Source: an uncultured euryarchaeote
Lineage (GTDB): Archaea > Thermoplasmatota > Poseidoniia > Poseidoniales > Poseidoniaceae
Length of the DNA stretch: 64,000 nucleotides
Assembly: GCA_937899865.1 (NCBI GenBank)
Contig: CALBRH010000025.1
Span: forward strand, 32,001-96,000
Direction of reading: 5' to 3'
Shown here: positions 40,287-49,635 of the stretch, piece by piece
Layout of the letters: each line of letters starts with the position of its first letter
Numbering within the stretch: the stretch's first letter is position 1
Notes under the pieces: model-generated
Databases searched by the model: none
Told to the model about the DNA's origin: nothing
What the model saw: the letters and a program-made list of their open reading frames with translations, nothing else
Translations under genes and position numbers: made by a program

Positions 40287-43200
40287 CCGTGGTAAAACAG
40301 CGATAGCAGTCATGCTGTTAGTTATGTTTGTGACGCCTATGGCAACGCCGTTTGCATCATCTGAAGCAACAACATCAGCCAGGGCATCACCTGATTTTAG
40401 TGTCACAAATTTCGTATTGGATGGCGCTGGTTCAGTTAAAGACGGTGTCAACATCTATGTTGAGAACGCGACACATGTAGCTAGAATAGTTGTTTCAAAT
40501 ACTGGTTCAGCAGCAGGGACAGTCGTTGTTTCATTATATCACCAAGGTTCATCATCATCGGCTAAGACTTTAGTTTCTGCAATTGAAGTTGGTCCAATTT
40601 CACCGGGCACCTCTCACATTCCTGTTTTGATTGATTGGACTGCTTCTCCGGGTAACGGTCAGAGCCTTTATGCTGAAACGTTCTCATTGTCAGATACAAA
40701 CTCTGGTAATAATGAGTGGAGGCTTGATTTTGACGTTAGAAGCGCTCCACGTTATCTAGTAGGTACAGTACTAAGCTCCACTATTCCATCACCAGAGGCC
40801 GGACAAACTGAGGCCGTAATTGATAATGGTATTACTCCAATTAACGCAACAGTTCAGAACGACGGCGTAGAAACAATTACGGCAAACTTCAAATTGCTAT
40901 TTGAAGATCCAACAGACCCCGCAATAACTCACAATTTTGAAACAGGTGAGATTTTTATTGACCCAGGTTCACTTCATGTCGGCCCGATTCCATCTAATGG
41001 TAGTATAAACTTTGATGGTTCTGTGCTAACCGGTATTTGGACTCTTACCGCTTCTGTTGTTTTCATTGGAACTGGTGGCTGGACGGACACGCATGTCATA
41101 AGCACGACTACCGTTAGGTTCTCTGAGTATTCGGCCACACTATCTTCTCCAGCAGATAGAACCACCGAGCCCGGCTTGGTTACAACTCTAAATTACTGGC
41201 TTACCAATACTGGTTCACAAGACGATTTCTTCGATATCGGCATTACTTCTACTCAAGGTTGGGCCGATATGACATTAAATACCCAACAAACAACCAGTTT
41301 TTCTCCCGGAGTCACTATTAGCATTCAAGTTGAAGTTTCAGTGCCTTTGAATGCAGCTAGAACAGATATTGACACTATTGTTTTGACGCTGACTTCAGTG
41401 AATGATCCAACCGTTCCAAGATATTCCCTTACGGCTTCAACCATGGTGATGGCAGGTGAGTCATACATTGCAATCCTAGATATGCCAGCCACAACACAAC
41501 TTGTAGTCCCTGGCGATGAAGTAGGATTTAATGCCACGATTGAAAACGATGGTAATGCCAAAGGCTCTTATGACCTCATTGCTGGTTTTTCTACAACATC
41601 AAGTAGATGGAGTGTTAGGTTAGGTGCTACTACGACTGCAATTTTGGATCTGGGAGAGGTTGCAACATTTTCAGTAAACATCACCGTTCCGCCAATCAAA
41701 ATGCCTAATGATATCGCCGATCATAACAAAGAAGCGGATACTTTGAGTGTATGGGTTCAAGCAATACCATCTAATGGCGGTATCCCAGTCACTGCTAGTA
41801 CTCCATTAGAAGTTGCACCTGTTATCGTTGTAGATCCAGGTTTAGAGGAAGAAACCATTGAACTCACAGTAGATGATGTAATAGCAGCAAAGAATGGTAA
41901 TGGCGTTGAAATATTTAGGCACATGGATATTGAAGTACGACATAATCTAAATAATCCCTTGATAGCTACCGTTGATGGATTAATCGAAACGGGCAACTTG
42001 TCCTTCACTCCAACTAATAGCGGCGGATTTAGTGAAATTACTAGATGGAACGCGAGTGTTTCTAACGAATCACTTCTTGCAATGTCATTGGGTAGTACTA
42101 AGATTGGCGCATTAGGCGTTCAAGGTCCAGATGCCGATTATCCGTTAGCAGGAGTTTTGAGTGTTCCAGTCGTTGCATCGATACCAACTCCACCTTTGAT
42201 TCCTAACTTGGTTACTACTTCGATTGAGCGTAATATATCGATAAATATTCCTTCAATTCAAGGAGCAGATATAGTAGACAAAGGTCCATTTGATGTCCCA
42301 CTCGGCGAGACTACTGCTATCCCACTCCTGCTGGAAAATACTGGTAACGATTTAACCTCGTATAGATTGTCAATAATGGATGATTTGCCAGATGGTTGGG
42401 TTACATCAATAAACACCGCTGGCTCAGGCGGCGATACTATACTTGATTTGTCAGCTGATGTAGCAGACTACCCAGATAGTGGAAACTTGCACATGCGCGA
42501 CTTTGTGTTGAATGTGGCAACAGACCCGCAAGCAGCGGCTTACTCTATTCAAGATGTAAATATCAAGATTGAAGATAGTACATCAGGGTTACTAATCGAT
42601 ATAGTTCCCGTTTCGATAAGAGTTGGACCGTATGTTAATGCTTCACTTTCTCCTACCAGTCAATTAGTAGATATCAACACAACTTTAGCTGAAACTCCGC
42701 TTACTAGAGTTTACGTAACAAATACAGGAAATACTCCGACAATCTATTCTTTGTGGCTAGACGATTCTCTCGCAGGTGAGGTTGATTTTACACTTGAGAG
42801 TCCTAATCAAATTTTGATAGCACCCGGATATACTGATTCAGTAAAAGTTCGACTATCTGCCACAAATGATGCAGATTCTGATGGTTTTTACAAATCAACG
42901 CTTTGGGTTTCAACTGAAACTGGCGTCAATATGAGTGCCGATATCATTGCAAACGTAAGTGAGCAAAGAGATCTAAGTATCGATGCACCATTCCAAATTG
43001 GCGTGCTTCCTGGTCAAGACCAAGTTGTCAACTTCACTGTAACTAACTCTGGGAACCTTGAGGAAACTTTCGATGTAGAAGTAGCAGTTGATGGAGGCTG
43101 GGTAGTAGTTCCAGCCTCTCAATCAATGACTCTGCCAATAGATGAGGAAATACAAGGTAGTGTGACTGTTTCTGTTCCTGAACTTGGTGAAGGTATTTCT

Positions 43201-45147
43201 CTTAACGATGGTTCTGTTCATAATTTGACCATTCGCTTGGTTGACCCTGCTACAGAACTTACCGCAGGCGTGGCAGTAGTTAGAATGCTAATCTCGCCAA
43301 TGTTTATTCTTGAAGTGGTCGAATGGGAAGATGAAATGCTGTATCATAGATACTGGAATCGAACATTTGAAGCAACTGTCATAAACATGGGTAATCGAGA
43401 TGTTACTGTAGATTTGACTTATGCAATAAATAAGCCCGGTGGAGTGATAGAAAGTAGTGATTGGATGCTTCAATCCGGAGCACCTACAAGTCTATTCATG
43501 CCAGTCGGTCAAAATATCTCCTTCCAATTTGTTGTTAGCGCTCAAGAAATAAGCCCCGATCTTGGATTATATGCGCTTCTTTCAGTTCACTTAACTCCGC
43601 AGGATGCGGGTATTGATGGCGAAGGATACCTTAATTCAACCCTTAAAATGTCAAGATTCTTTGAGCCGAGCGATATTGACCTTAAACCAGATGAAACAGA
43701 TGGCCCAATGACGGTAGAAATCACGTATTCACACATTCCTATTGGCGCATCTAATGCCGTTGCCTATGAACTTGAGTTGTGTGCTGCAGAGCGATTATTT
43801 GATTTCAGCTCAGCCGGTTTAGATGAATCACTGTACCCATGGTCATTCACACTTGTTGTCGATGATTCTACATCGGTACCATTGTCTCTATCTCCAGAGG
43901 ACTGTGGCAGTAGTTCAGCAGGTGCTGAGTCTAGGATTCAACTTCCAACAAGAGAGGCTTGGGATGTTAGCAATCCGCTAACTATTGTTGTTGACGCACC
44001 AAATCGTCCAAATATCATTACTGAGGATGGTTGGGACTTAACATTCAGACTATTCCATCCAACAGAAAATAGTGGATATACCGTATTCAATGAGTCAACA
44101 TTTACTTTCCAGTTAGATGTCTTCGCTGACCCTAGTGTTAGTGAAGTATGGATAAGTTCTGGTACTATGGAAGAAGGCACAGATGCAACAATAAGTGCTA
44201 AAATCCGTAATGATGGAACTGCACTAGCCTTGTTCTTTACCGCCTCTCTAGAATGTTCAGGCTCTACTGTTAATACTCAAGTCGATCCAATTGTACAACT
44301 TGGTCCAAATAACGAGACAACCGTTAGTTGGGGCATTACTTCAGAAACTATTGATTGGTGGAGGCAATCTATTGATGGTACTTGTGTAGTTGAACTTGAT
44401 ACAGACATGATTGCGAAAAATGTCGAAGGAAATGATCGTTATGTCTACAAGGATGAAGTTTACTCTTGGTCTCCAGGTCAATCTTCATCCTTTGTCGCGT
44501 TTATCATCTTTGGATTATTATCACTTGTATTGGCAAGATTAAACGGTCAAAATGAGAAATTCCGTCTGTTTTCGATATATTCTGGAATTTTGGCATTTGG
44601 TTTTGCTTTCCACTTATTCAATATCATTTTTTGGGGTCCTGCTGTACTTACTATTGCCGCTCTTTGGTTATGGCGTATGACTTGGATGAGCACAGAAGAA
44701 TTTAGATTGATTCACGAAGATTATCAAAGAGCAAGGAAAGGTGTATCAACATTATATGCCGACCATTTTCAAGCACTTGCAGATAGTAGGAGACAACTGA
44801 GAATAATTCTTGCATTGCCAGTATTTGGGTTGTTAGGTGTTGTGCTGGGTATTCCACCTCAAATTGATACCAGTCAAGAGAATTTAATGACAATCGCTGC
44901 ATATGTCCTGATATTAGCAGTTGGAGTTTGGATTCTAGTTCGTAGAGCAGATGCAATGTATGGCGCTCTATATGGCCGATTAACCGATGTAGAAGTTAAG
45001 GCAATTCGTATCGAAAGAGATTTATCGGACCCGGCGCGATTATTACATGACTTAGCTAATGATGGAATCGACCTTGATGCTATTTTTGACGATTTGCACT
45101 CTGGCAGAGAGGTTGGAATGGACGAGGAGGTGAGAGAAGATGTCTGA
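40270..45147 (+). CDS. Giant (about 1625 aa) surface protein with CARDB/NEW3-like Ig repeats and about 5 C-terminal TM helices
   Basis: Signal peptide after GTG near 40270 (preceded by GGAGG; exact start uncertain); repeated N-x-G-N/S...D/E...GW modules; polytopic C-terminus. Confidence 0.75.
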   Translation: MEFLLNRGKTAIAVMLLVMFVTPMATPFASSEATTSARASPDFSVTNFVLDGAGSVKDGVNIYVENATHVARIVVSNTGSAAGTVVVSLYHQGSSSSAKTLVSAIEVGPISPGTSHIPVLIDWTASPGNGQSLYAETFSLSDTNSGNNEWRLDFDVRSAPRYLVGTVLSSTIPSPEAGQTEAVIDNGITPINATVQNDGVETITANFKLLFEDPTDPAITHNFETGEIFIDPGSLHVGPIPSNGSINFDGSVLTGIWTLTASVVFIGTGGWTDTHVISTTTVRFSEYSATLSSPADRTTEPGLVTTLNYWLTNTGSQDDFFDIGITSTQGWADMTLNTQQTTSFSPGVTISIQVEVSVPLNAARTDIDTIVLTLTSVNDPTVPRYSLTASTMVMAGESYIAILDMPATTQLVVPGDEVGFNATIENDGNAKGSYDLIAGFSTTSSRWSVRLGATTTAILDLGEVATFSVNITVPPIKMPNDIADHNKEADTLSVWVQAIPSNGGIPVTASTPLEVAPVIVVDPGLEEETIELTVDDVIAAKNGNGVEIFRHMDIEVRHNLNNPLIATVDGLIETGNLSFTPTNSGGFSEITRWNASVSNESLLAMSLGSTKIGALGVQGPDADYPLAGVLSVPVVASIPTPPLIPNLVTTSIERNISINIPSIQGADIVDKGPFDVPLGETTAIPLLLENTGNDLTSYRLSIMDDLPDGWVTSINTAGSGGDTILDLSADVADYPDSGNLHMRDFVLNVATDPQAAAYSIQDVNIKIEDSTSGLLIDIVPVSIRVGPYVNASLSPTSQLVDINTTLAETPLTRVYVTNTGNTPTIYSLWLDDSLAGEVDFTLESPNQILIAPGYTDSVKVRLSATNDADSDGFYKSTLWVSTETGVNMSADIIANVSEQRDLSIDAPFQIGVLPGQDQVVNFTVTNSGNLEETFDVEVAVDGGWVVVPASQSMTLPIDEEIQGSVTVSVPELGEGISLNDGSVHNLTIRLVDPATELTAGVAVVRMLISPMFILEVVEWEDEMLYHRYWNRTFEATVINMGNRDVTVDLTYAINKPGGVIESSDWMLQSGAPTSLFMPVGQNISFQFVVSAQEISPDLGLYALLSVHLTPQDAGIDGEGYLNSTLKMSRFFEPSDIDLKPDETDGPMTVEITYSHIPIGASNAVAYELELCAAERLFDFSSAGLDESLYPWSFTLVVDDSTSVPLSLSPEDCGSSSAGAESRIQLPTREAWDVSNPLTIVVDAPNRPNIITEDGWDLTFRLFHPTENSGYTVFNESTFTFQLDVFADPSVSEVWISSGTMEEGTDATISAKIRNDGTALALFFTASLECSGSTVNTQVDPIVQLGPNNETTVSWGITSETIDWWRQSIDGTCVVELDTDMIAKNVEGNDRYVYKDEVYSWSPGQSSSFVAFIIFGLLSLVLARLNGQNEKFRLFSIYSGILAFGFAFHLFNIIFWGPAVLTIAALWLWRMTWMSTEEFRLIHEDYQRARKGVSTLYADHFQALADSRRQLRIILALPVFGLLGVVLGIPPQIDTSQENLMTIAAYVLILAVGVWILVRRADAMYGALYGRLTDVEVKAIRIERDLSDPARLLHDLANDGIDLDAIFDDLHSGREVGMDEEVREDV

Positions 45148-46351
45148 AGAAAAATCCGAAGAGGAAATAGATTTTGATCTCGATGATATCCTTGAAGATG
45201 AAGTAGTTGATGAGATTCAACTTGAAGATATTGAAATGGAGAACGAGCCTGACGATAGTTCCGAATCAAGTGATTCAGAAGATGAAGCCTCAGGTACATC
45301 ATTCCAAGACAGAGTTAGGGAGTACATGGGAGAGTTAGAAGACGAAACTTTCCATGAGCCACCAGTGCAAGTTGACGACGAGCCCGAGCCTGAGCCTGAA
45401 CCTGAGCCTGTTGAAGAGGTTGTAGAATCGACAGATGTATCCGATGATGTCATCAATGAAGTTGAAAGTAGAATAATGTCTGCTTCGCGAGAACTTGACA
45501 GTTTGGTTCAAGGAGTAATCCAACAAGATAGCAATTCCCTTGCAGCAACTGAGCTGGATATAATGGAAGCAAAGAAATATCTTTCATTACACAAATTAAA
45601 GCGAGCGAAAAGTAGTGTCAGAAAGGCTGAGAAGGCTCTTGTTACACTAGAAGAAGACGTGCTCTATTTGCGTAGAAGCATTGCAATGTTACACCGTTTG
45701 TTGAAAGAAAAGAAAATCGATAGAATCGAGGCAGAAAATATTCTAATCGGTCTAAGGAAGGCTACTTCCAATGCAGAAATTGGTGATGTTGGTCAAGCGG
45801 CTACTGAAATTGAATTCTTAGTTGACGATTTGATTGGCGGTAATACTTCAACACTCAACCCATTCTTTTTCCGCCATTTTTGGCTTGGAGTAGATACTCG
45901 TTGGCCTGCTGGAGGTGATTCTGGAGTATTGCTTGTTAGATTGATCAATGACGGGCCAATTGCCATGCCGGCAATGCGCTTGTCTCCACCAGTTCCAGAA
46001 GGTTGGAGTTCAATTCCTTCTTCAGTTGACCTGCCAATTATTGCTCCAGGCGGCAATCTGCCACTAAGATTTGATATCAAGTCTGAAGGCAGATATGGTG
46101 CTGACGAAATCCCATTGTCCCGAAAGTTGGCTGTTTCAACAGGCTATGAAATGCGCTCTGGTGAAATAATGGTTACAATTAGAGCACAGAATCGCTCTAT
46201 GGAGCCGCTTTCAGATGTTATACTCTCGCCGTGGTTGCCTCCGGGTTATACTACGGCAAAAGTTCCGTTTGTGGAACGTTTATCCCCCGATGAGGTAGCG
46301 GTAATTAGAATGCCGCTGACCATCGACATGGGCACAGGAGGTAGTTCCTGA
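45140..46351 (+). CDS. Hypothetical cytoplasmic protein: acidic disordered N-terminus, coiled coil, C-terminal Ig-like domains
   Basis: Overlaps the upstream stop by 8 nt; preceded by GAGGTGAG; no signal peptide or TM seen. Confidence 0.65.
   Translation: MSEEKSEEEIDFDLDDILEDEVVDEIQLEDIEMENEPDDSSESSDSEDEASGTSFQDRVREYMGELEDETFHEPPVQVDDEPEPEPEPEPVEEVVESTDVSDDVINEVESRIMSASRELDSLVQGVIQQDSNSLAATELDIMEAKKYLSLHKLKRAKSSVRKAEKALVTLEEDVLYLRRSIAMLHRLLKEKKIDRIEAENILIGLRKATSNAEIGDVGQAATEIEFLVDDLIGGNTSTLNPFFFRHFWLGVDTRWPAGGDSGVLLVRLINDGPIAMPAMRLSPPVPEGWSSIPSSVDLPIIAPGGNLPLRFDIKSEGRYGADEIPLSRKLAVSTGYEMRSGEIMVTIRAQNRSMEPLSDVILSPWLPPGYTTAKVPFVERLSPDEVAVIRMPLTIDMGTGGSS
45379..45410 (+). repeat. 6-bp tandem repeat (GAGCCY/GAACCT) encoding EPEPEPEPEP
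   Basis: gagcccgagcctgagcctgaacctgagcctg visible in sequence. Confidence 0.8.
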
Positions 46352-46401
46352 GCCCAAATCATATTCCACCCGTAAAGCGGGAGGACGAGAAAAAAACAAA
46401 A

Positions 46402-46407
46402 AGGTGA
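46402..46407 (+). promoter_or_regulatory. Shine-Dalgarno AGGTGA of arlB1
   Basis: 5 nt upstream of ATG 46413, embedded in A-rich leader. Confidence 0.7.
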
Positions 46408-46412
46408 AAAAA

Positions 46413-47006
46413 ATGAAAAGAAAAGAAATAACGAACGAAGAAAGCAATACCCTTGCTGCAATGGGTATCGGTGCGATGATTGTATTTATCGCATTGATTC
46501 TTGTTGCGGCAGTGGCATCAGCGGTCATTATACAGACCGCTGAAAAGTTGCAGCAGAATGCACAGACCACAGGTGACCAAACCCAACAACAGATGGCAAG
46601 TAAGATTACGCCGTTGAGTGTTGTTGTGCAAATAGAAGCAGGTGTTGCACCTAATGCTGCAGCCACTGAAGATGTACTTAGAGTGACATTTGAACTTGCT
46701 CCTGGCTCCGAAAATGTAGACCCAGCAAATGCAGTTTGGAACGTAGTCTGTGAATTAGGCGTTGATGCTGGTGATTTAACTGGTTTTGGAAGAGTAAGCA
46801 CCCACACGCCAGAGCAAATTGCTGCTAACTTACTATACCCTGGTGAAATCTATGAGGTTTCAATAACACTCGGGGCAGCAACTCCTGGTTGCGATATGGA
46901 ATTGAATACTGCTCATTACCTAATGTTCCAAGCCGGAAATGCAGGATTCACATATGAAGTAATGAACTATGGTGGTTCAAATTCAGTTGGGACGGTGATA
47001 ATTTGA
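46413..47006 (+). CDS. arlB: Archaellin 1
   Basis: Class III signal peptide and N-terminal helix GIGAMIVFIALILVAAVASAVIIQTA..LQQ.A..TG. Confidence 0.95.
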   Translation: MKRKEITNEESNTLAAMGIGAMIVFIALILVAAVASAVIIQTAEKLQQNAQTTGDQTQQQMASKITPLSVVVQIEAGVAPNAAATEDVLRVTFELAPGSENVDPANAVWNVVCELGVDAGDLTGFGRVSTHTPEQIAANLLYPGEIYEVSITLGAATPGCDMELNTAHYLMFQAGNAGFTYEVMNYGGSNSVGTVII

Positions 47007-47566
47007 AGTCAAACAAAGAAACCCAAAACAATGACAACTGGGCTGCAATTGGTATTGGTGCAATGATTGTATTCATTTCGCTAATTTTGGTCGCAGCGGT
47101 TGCTTCTGCGGTTATAGTTCAAACTGCTGAAAAACTTCAGCAGAATGCTCAAAGAACCGGTGAAGATACTTCTGATGAACTGTCAGGTAAAATCACAATT
47201 CAATCAGGATATATCCAAAATGGTGGCGAGTATGTGCTTTATGTTAGACTAGGTGCAGGTAGCGATACAATTCAAACCGTAGATATATCATACCAATTGT
47301 ATTGTAATGCCGGAGCAGGATATGAATTTTCCCCACTGGATAATACAATGGTTCAATTACAATCTGATGCAAATTTTGCAGGTGGCGAAGATGAACTATT
47401 AGTTGCGGATCCATACAAGATTATGATTACGCCTGTTGAATGTACAGCTGCAGCAGTTAGTGCTGCTGATGGTAGAGTCGCACTTTATCTGCATGTAGAA
47501 GACGGCGGAACCACATACGAAATGTTACAATTTAATGTCGACGATGATGGAACCCCAATTATCTGA
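47003..47566 (+). CDS. arlB: Archaellin 2
   Basis: GIGAMIVFISLILVAAVASAVIVQTAEKLQQNAQRTG; TTG start overlapping the arlB1 stop. Confidence 0.95.
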   Translation: MKSNKETQNNDNWAAIGIGAMIVFISLILVAAVASAVIVQTAEKLQQNAQRTGEDTSDELSGKITIQSGYIQNGGEYVLYVRLGAGSDTIQTVDISYQLYCNAGAGYEFSPLDNTMVQLQSDANFAGGEDELLVADPYKIMITPVECTAAAVSAADGRVALYLHVEDGGTTYEMLQFNVDDDGTPII

Positions 47567-47573
47567 TGTTGCT

Positions 47574-47602
47574 TGCTGTTGAGAATTAATTTCTCGACGG
47601 CA
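47574..47602 (+). terminator. 12-bp intergenic stem-loop after the archaellins (terminator/attenuator or mRNA stabiliser)
   Basis: TGCTGTTGAGAA-TTAAT-TTCTCGACGGCA, 12 pairs including two G-U; directly followed by SD AGGAGGTG (47603-47610). Function inferred. Confidence 0.55.
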
Positions 47603-47615
47603 AGGAGGTGTACTA

Positions 47616-48473
47616 ATGGCTTGGCCATTTAGTAATAACACAGGTAATATTCGAGATGCAGATGCCGAACTAAGTGAAGAGCGACTCAAAATATTGTCAA
47701 ACGTGGCAATTGAACAGGTCCCACTTCCTGAAGAGGGAGAACTTAGTGAAGAAGATGCATGGACGATTTCACCAGGTCCGACGAGGGCTAAGATGAACAG
47801 CATCGGTAGTGTACCGACAGTGGCACAAACACTGGCGCCATCACAACCCGCTCAAGTCAATGCTCAAGTCGACACATCTGGATTGGAGCGATTGATCAGC
47901 AGCCGTCTCGACATGGTCGAGGATGTACTAGGATTGGTCGAAAAACGCCTTGAAGAAAGCATGACATTTAGTCCTGAAGGACAAAAGGTTGATGCTGAAG
48001 GCAATCCAATCGTTCATGATGATTCTGAGGAAGCAGAAATCGGAGCAGGAGATACGATTATCACCGCAAGTGGTGAAGTTATTCCTGCTGCGGGAGTTAA
48101 CCGCTTGATGGCAGAAGATGAGGCGCCATTGGTTGAGTTGTATGAAGCCCAAGCTTTAGCAGCCAACCCATTCCTTGTCGCACCTTCTTCAGGCCCAACA
48201 ACTGAAGCAAACAAAGTTGGAGCACCGACTGTTGCTGCTCTATTACTTGACAATATGTCGGGTATGGCTGCAGTAAATTTTGTTCAGAAGGCGATTAATT
48301 CAGGCATGCTAAATCAAGATGAAGGCAATTCAGTATTGGCGATTGTTCAACTTGCAACGCCAGGCGAAGCCGAAGAGGCATTAGAAGACCATCTTCCGCA
48401 TAGAGAATTGCTAACATTTTCAGCATTGGTAACATCTTGGAGACAAGTAAAGCAACTTAGAGGAGAAGAATGA
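47616..48473 (+). CDS. Divergent ArlC/D/E-like archaellum accessory protein
   Basis: Position between arlB and arlF; coiled-coil segment; C-terminal helices (NSGMLNQ..., DHLPHRELL) only weakly resemble the FlaD/E domain. Confidence 0.5.
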   Translation: MAWPFSNNTGNIRDADAELSEERLKILSNVAIEQVPLPEEGELSEEDAWTISPGPTRAKMNSIGSVPTVAQTLAPSQPAQVNAQVDTSGLERLISSRLDMVEDVLGLVEKRLEESMTFSPEGQKVDAEGNPIVHDDSEEAEIGAGDTIITASGEVIPAAGVNRLMAEDEAPLVELYEAQALAANPFLVAPSSGPTTEANKVGAPTVAALLLDNMSGMAAVNFVQKAINSGMLNQDEGNSVLAIVQLATPGEAEEALEDHLPHRELLTFSALVTSWRQVKQLRGEE

Positions 48474-48474
48474 A

Positions 48475-49122
48475 ATGGGAGCATCGGTCGGTATTGGTGG
48501 CCTGATTGTTGGCACTTCGATGTTGGTAGTATTAGCGTTAGCCGTTAATGCTGTTGATCTTCGATTAGAGTCATCATTAGAAACCATTGAATCGGCCAAT
48601 GAACTATCACCAACCTTCACTATAGATAATGCAGATATCGCTTTAGGAGCAGTTACTGCATTACAATTAGATGATCCAGGAACTGGATATGTAAATGGAA
48701 CGTTAAGCGCCACAGGCGGCGGTGGTTCTGGATTTTCTGGAACTTTTACAGTCAACAACAGCGGAGCAATAATCTCATGGTCAATCACCAACCATGGAGA
48801 TTACTCGTCCGACCCAACTATTGTTATTGACGGTCCGCAACCTGGTGGCGTAAACGGCTCATTTTCGGTTGTTGCAAGAACTACAGTTGTTGATGTAACC
48901 ATCACTAATACTGGTTCTGTTATTGTCCCAGTGAACGAAGTATGGATGTTCCTTGATGGAGAAAATGCCCGAAATTTGGCAAAGTTAGCGCCTATAACAG
49001 ACTCCGAGACTTTTTTTCCCGGCGATACAGTTGAAGTTATATGGCGCGGGCATGCAAATAATGTATTTGAAGTAGCAGCGCTTTCTTGTAATGGATTTAA
49101 CACCGCAAGAGTACTTGTATGA
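48475..49122 (+). CDS. arlF: Archaellum stator component ArlF (FlaF)
   Basis: MGASVG... N-terminal hydrophobic helix; V.ITNTGSV, VWMFLDG, FFPGDTV; operon position. Confidence 0.75.
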   Translation: MGASVGIGGLIVGTSMLVVLALAVNAVDLRLESSLETIESANELSPTFTIDNADIALGAVTALQLDDPGTGYVNGTLSATGGGGSGFSGTFTVNNSGAIISWSITNHGDYSSDPTIVIDGPQPGGVNGSFSVVARTTVVDVTITNTGSVIVPVNEVWMFLDGENARNLAKLAPITDSETFFPGDTVEVIWRGHANNVFEVAALSCNGFNTARVLV

Positions 49123-49131
49123 GGTATTATT

Positions 49132-49635
49132 ATGGCAGACGGAGGAGCATCTACATTCATTTTCTTGACAACCGCTCTATTAGTATCAGGTGCAGTTTCA
49201 GCAGTACTAATTAGTCAATATGGAGACATAACTTCAGCCATGGAGGCTGAACGTCGAGAAAACGAAGCGGATGCTAAAACTTCATTCGAATTTGCTGGCG
49301 ATTTAGCTAATGTGGCGTATGATAATGATCCTATCAACCCAACTGAGACAATCACCTTTTACTTACAGAATACTGGGGAATATGTCATCGATGAAGGTTC
49401 ATTATTTGTTCAATTAAATGGTTCTGTAATTGCAGATGCAAATGTTTCCACAACTGTTCTTCCTACTGGAGGCGCATGGGGTAATACAAATTTACTCGAG
49501 GTTGAAATATCAGGCGCATGGGGCTTTGCGGACAATACTGACATCAATCTTACAGTTTTGGTACAATCTGTTCTTGTTAGCGGATACCAAGGAGAAGATG
49601 TAGAATCTACGGTGGTGAGATTAAATGAATTATGA
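49132..49635 (+). CDS. arlG: Archaellum stator component ArlG (FlaG)
   Basis: MADGGASTFIFLTTALLVSGAVS N-terminal helix; FYLQNTG; position. Confidence 0.8.
   Translation: MADGGASTFIFLTTALLVSGAVSAVLISQYGDITSAMEAERRENEADAKTSFEFAGDLANVAYDNDPINPTETITFYLQNTGEYVIDEGSLFVQLNGSVIADANVSTTVLPTGGAWGNTNLLEVEISGAWGFADNTDINLTVLVQSVLVSGYQGEDVESTVVRLNEL

Noticed and set aside
46389-46412. Poly-A tracts as frameshift or phase-variation site
   Set aside because: Non-coding leader upstream of the true ATG, interrupted by C and the SD; no evidence of variation from one sequence.
46280-46807. 175-aa minus-strand ORF over arlB1, and 44874..45302 over the preceding junction
   Set aside because: Antisense shadows; the Phe-rich end derives from the A-rich leader.
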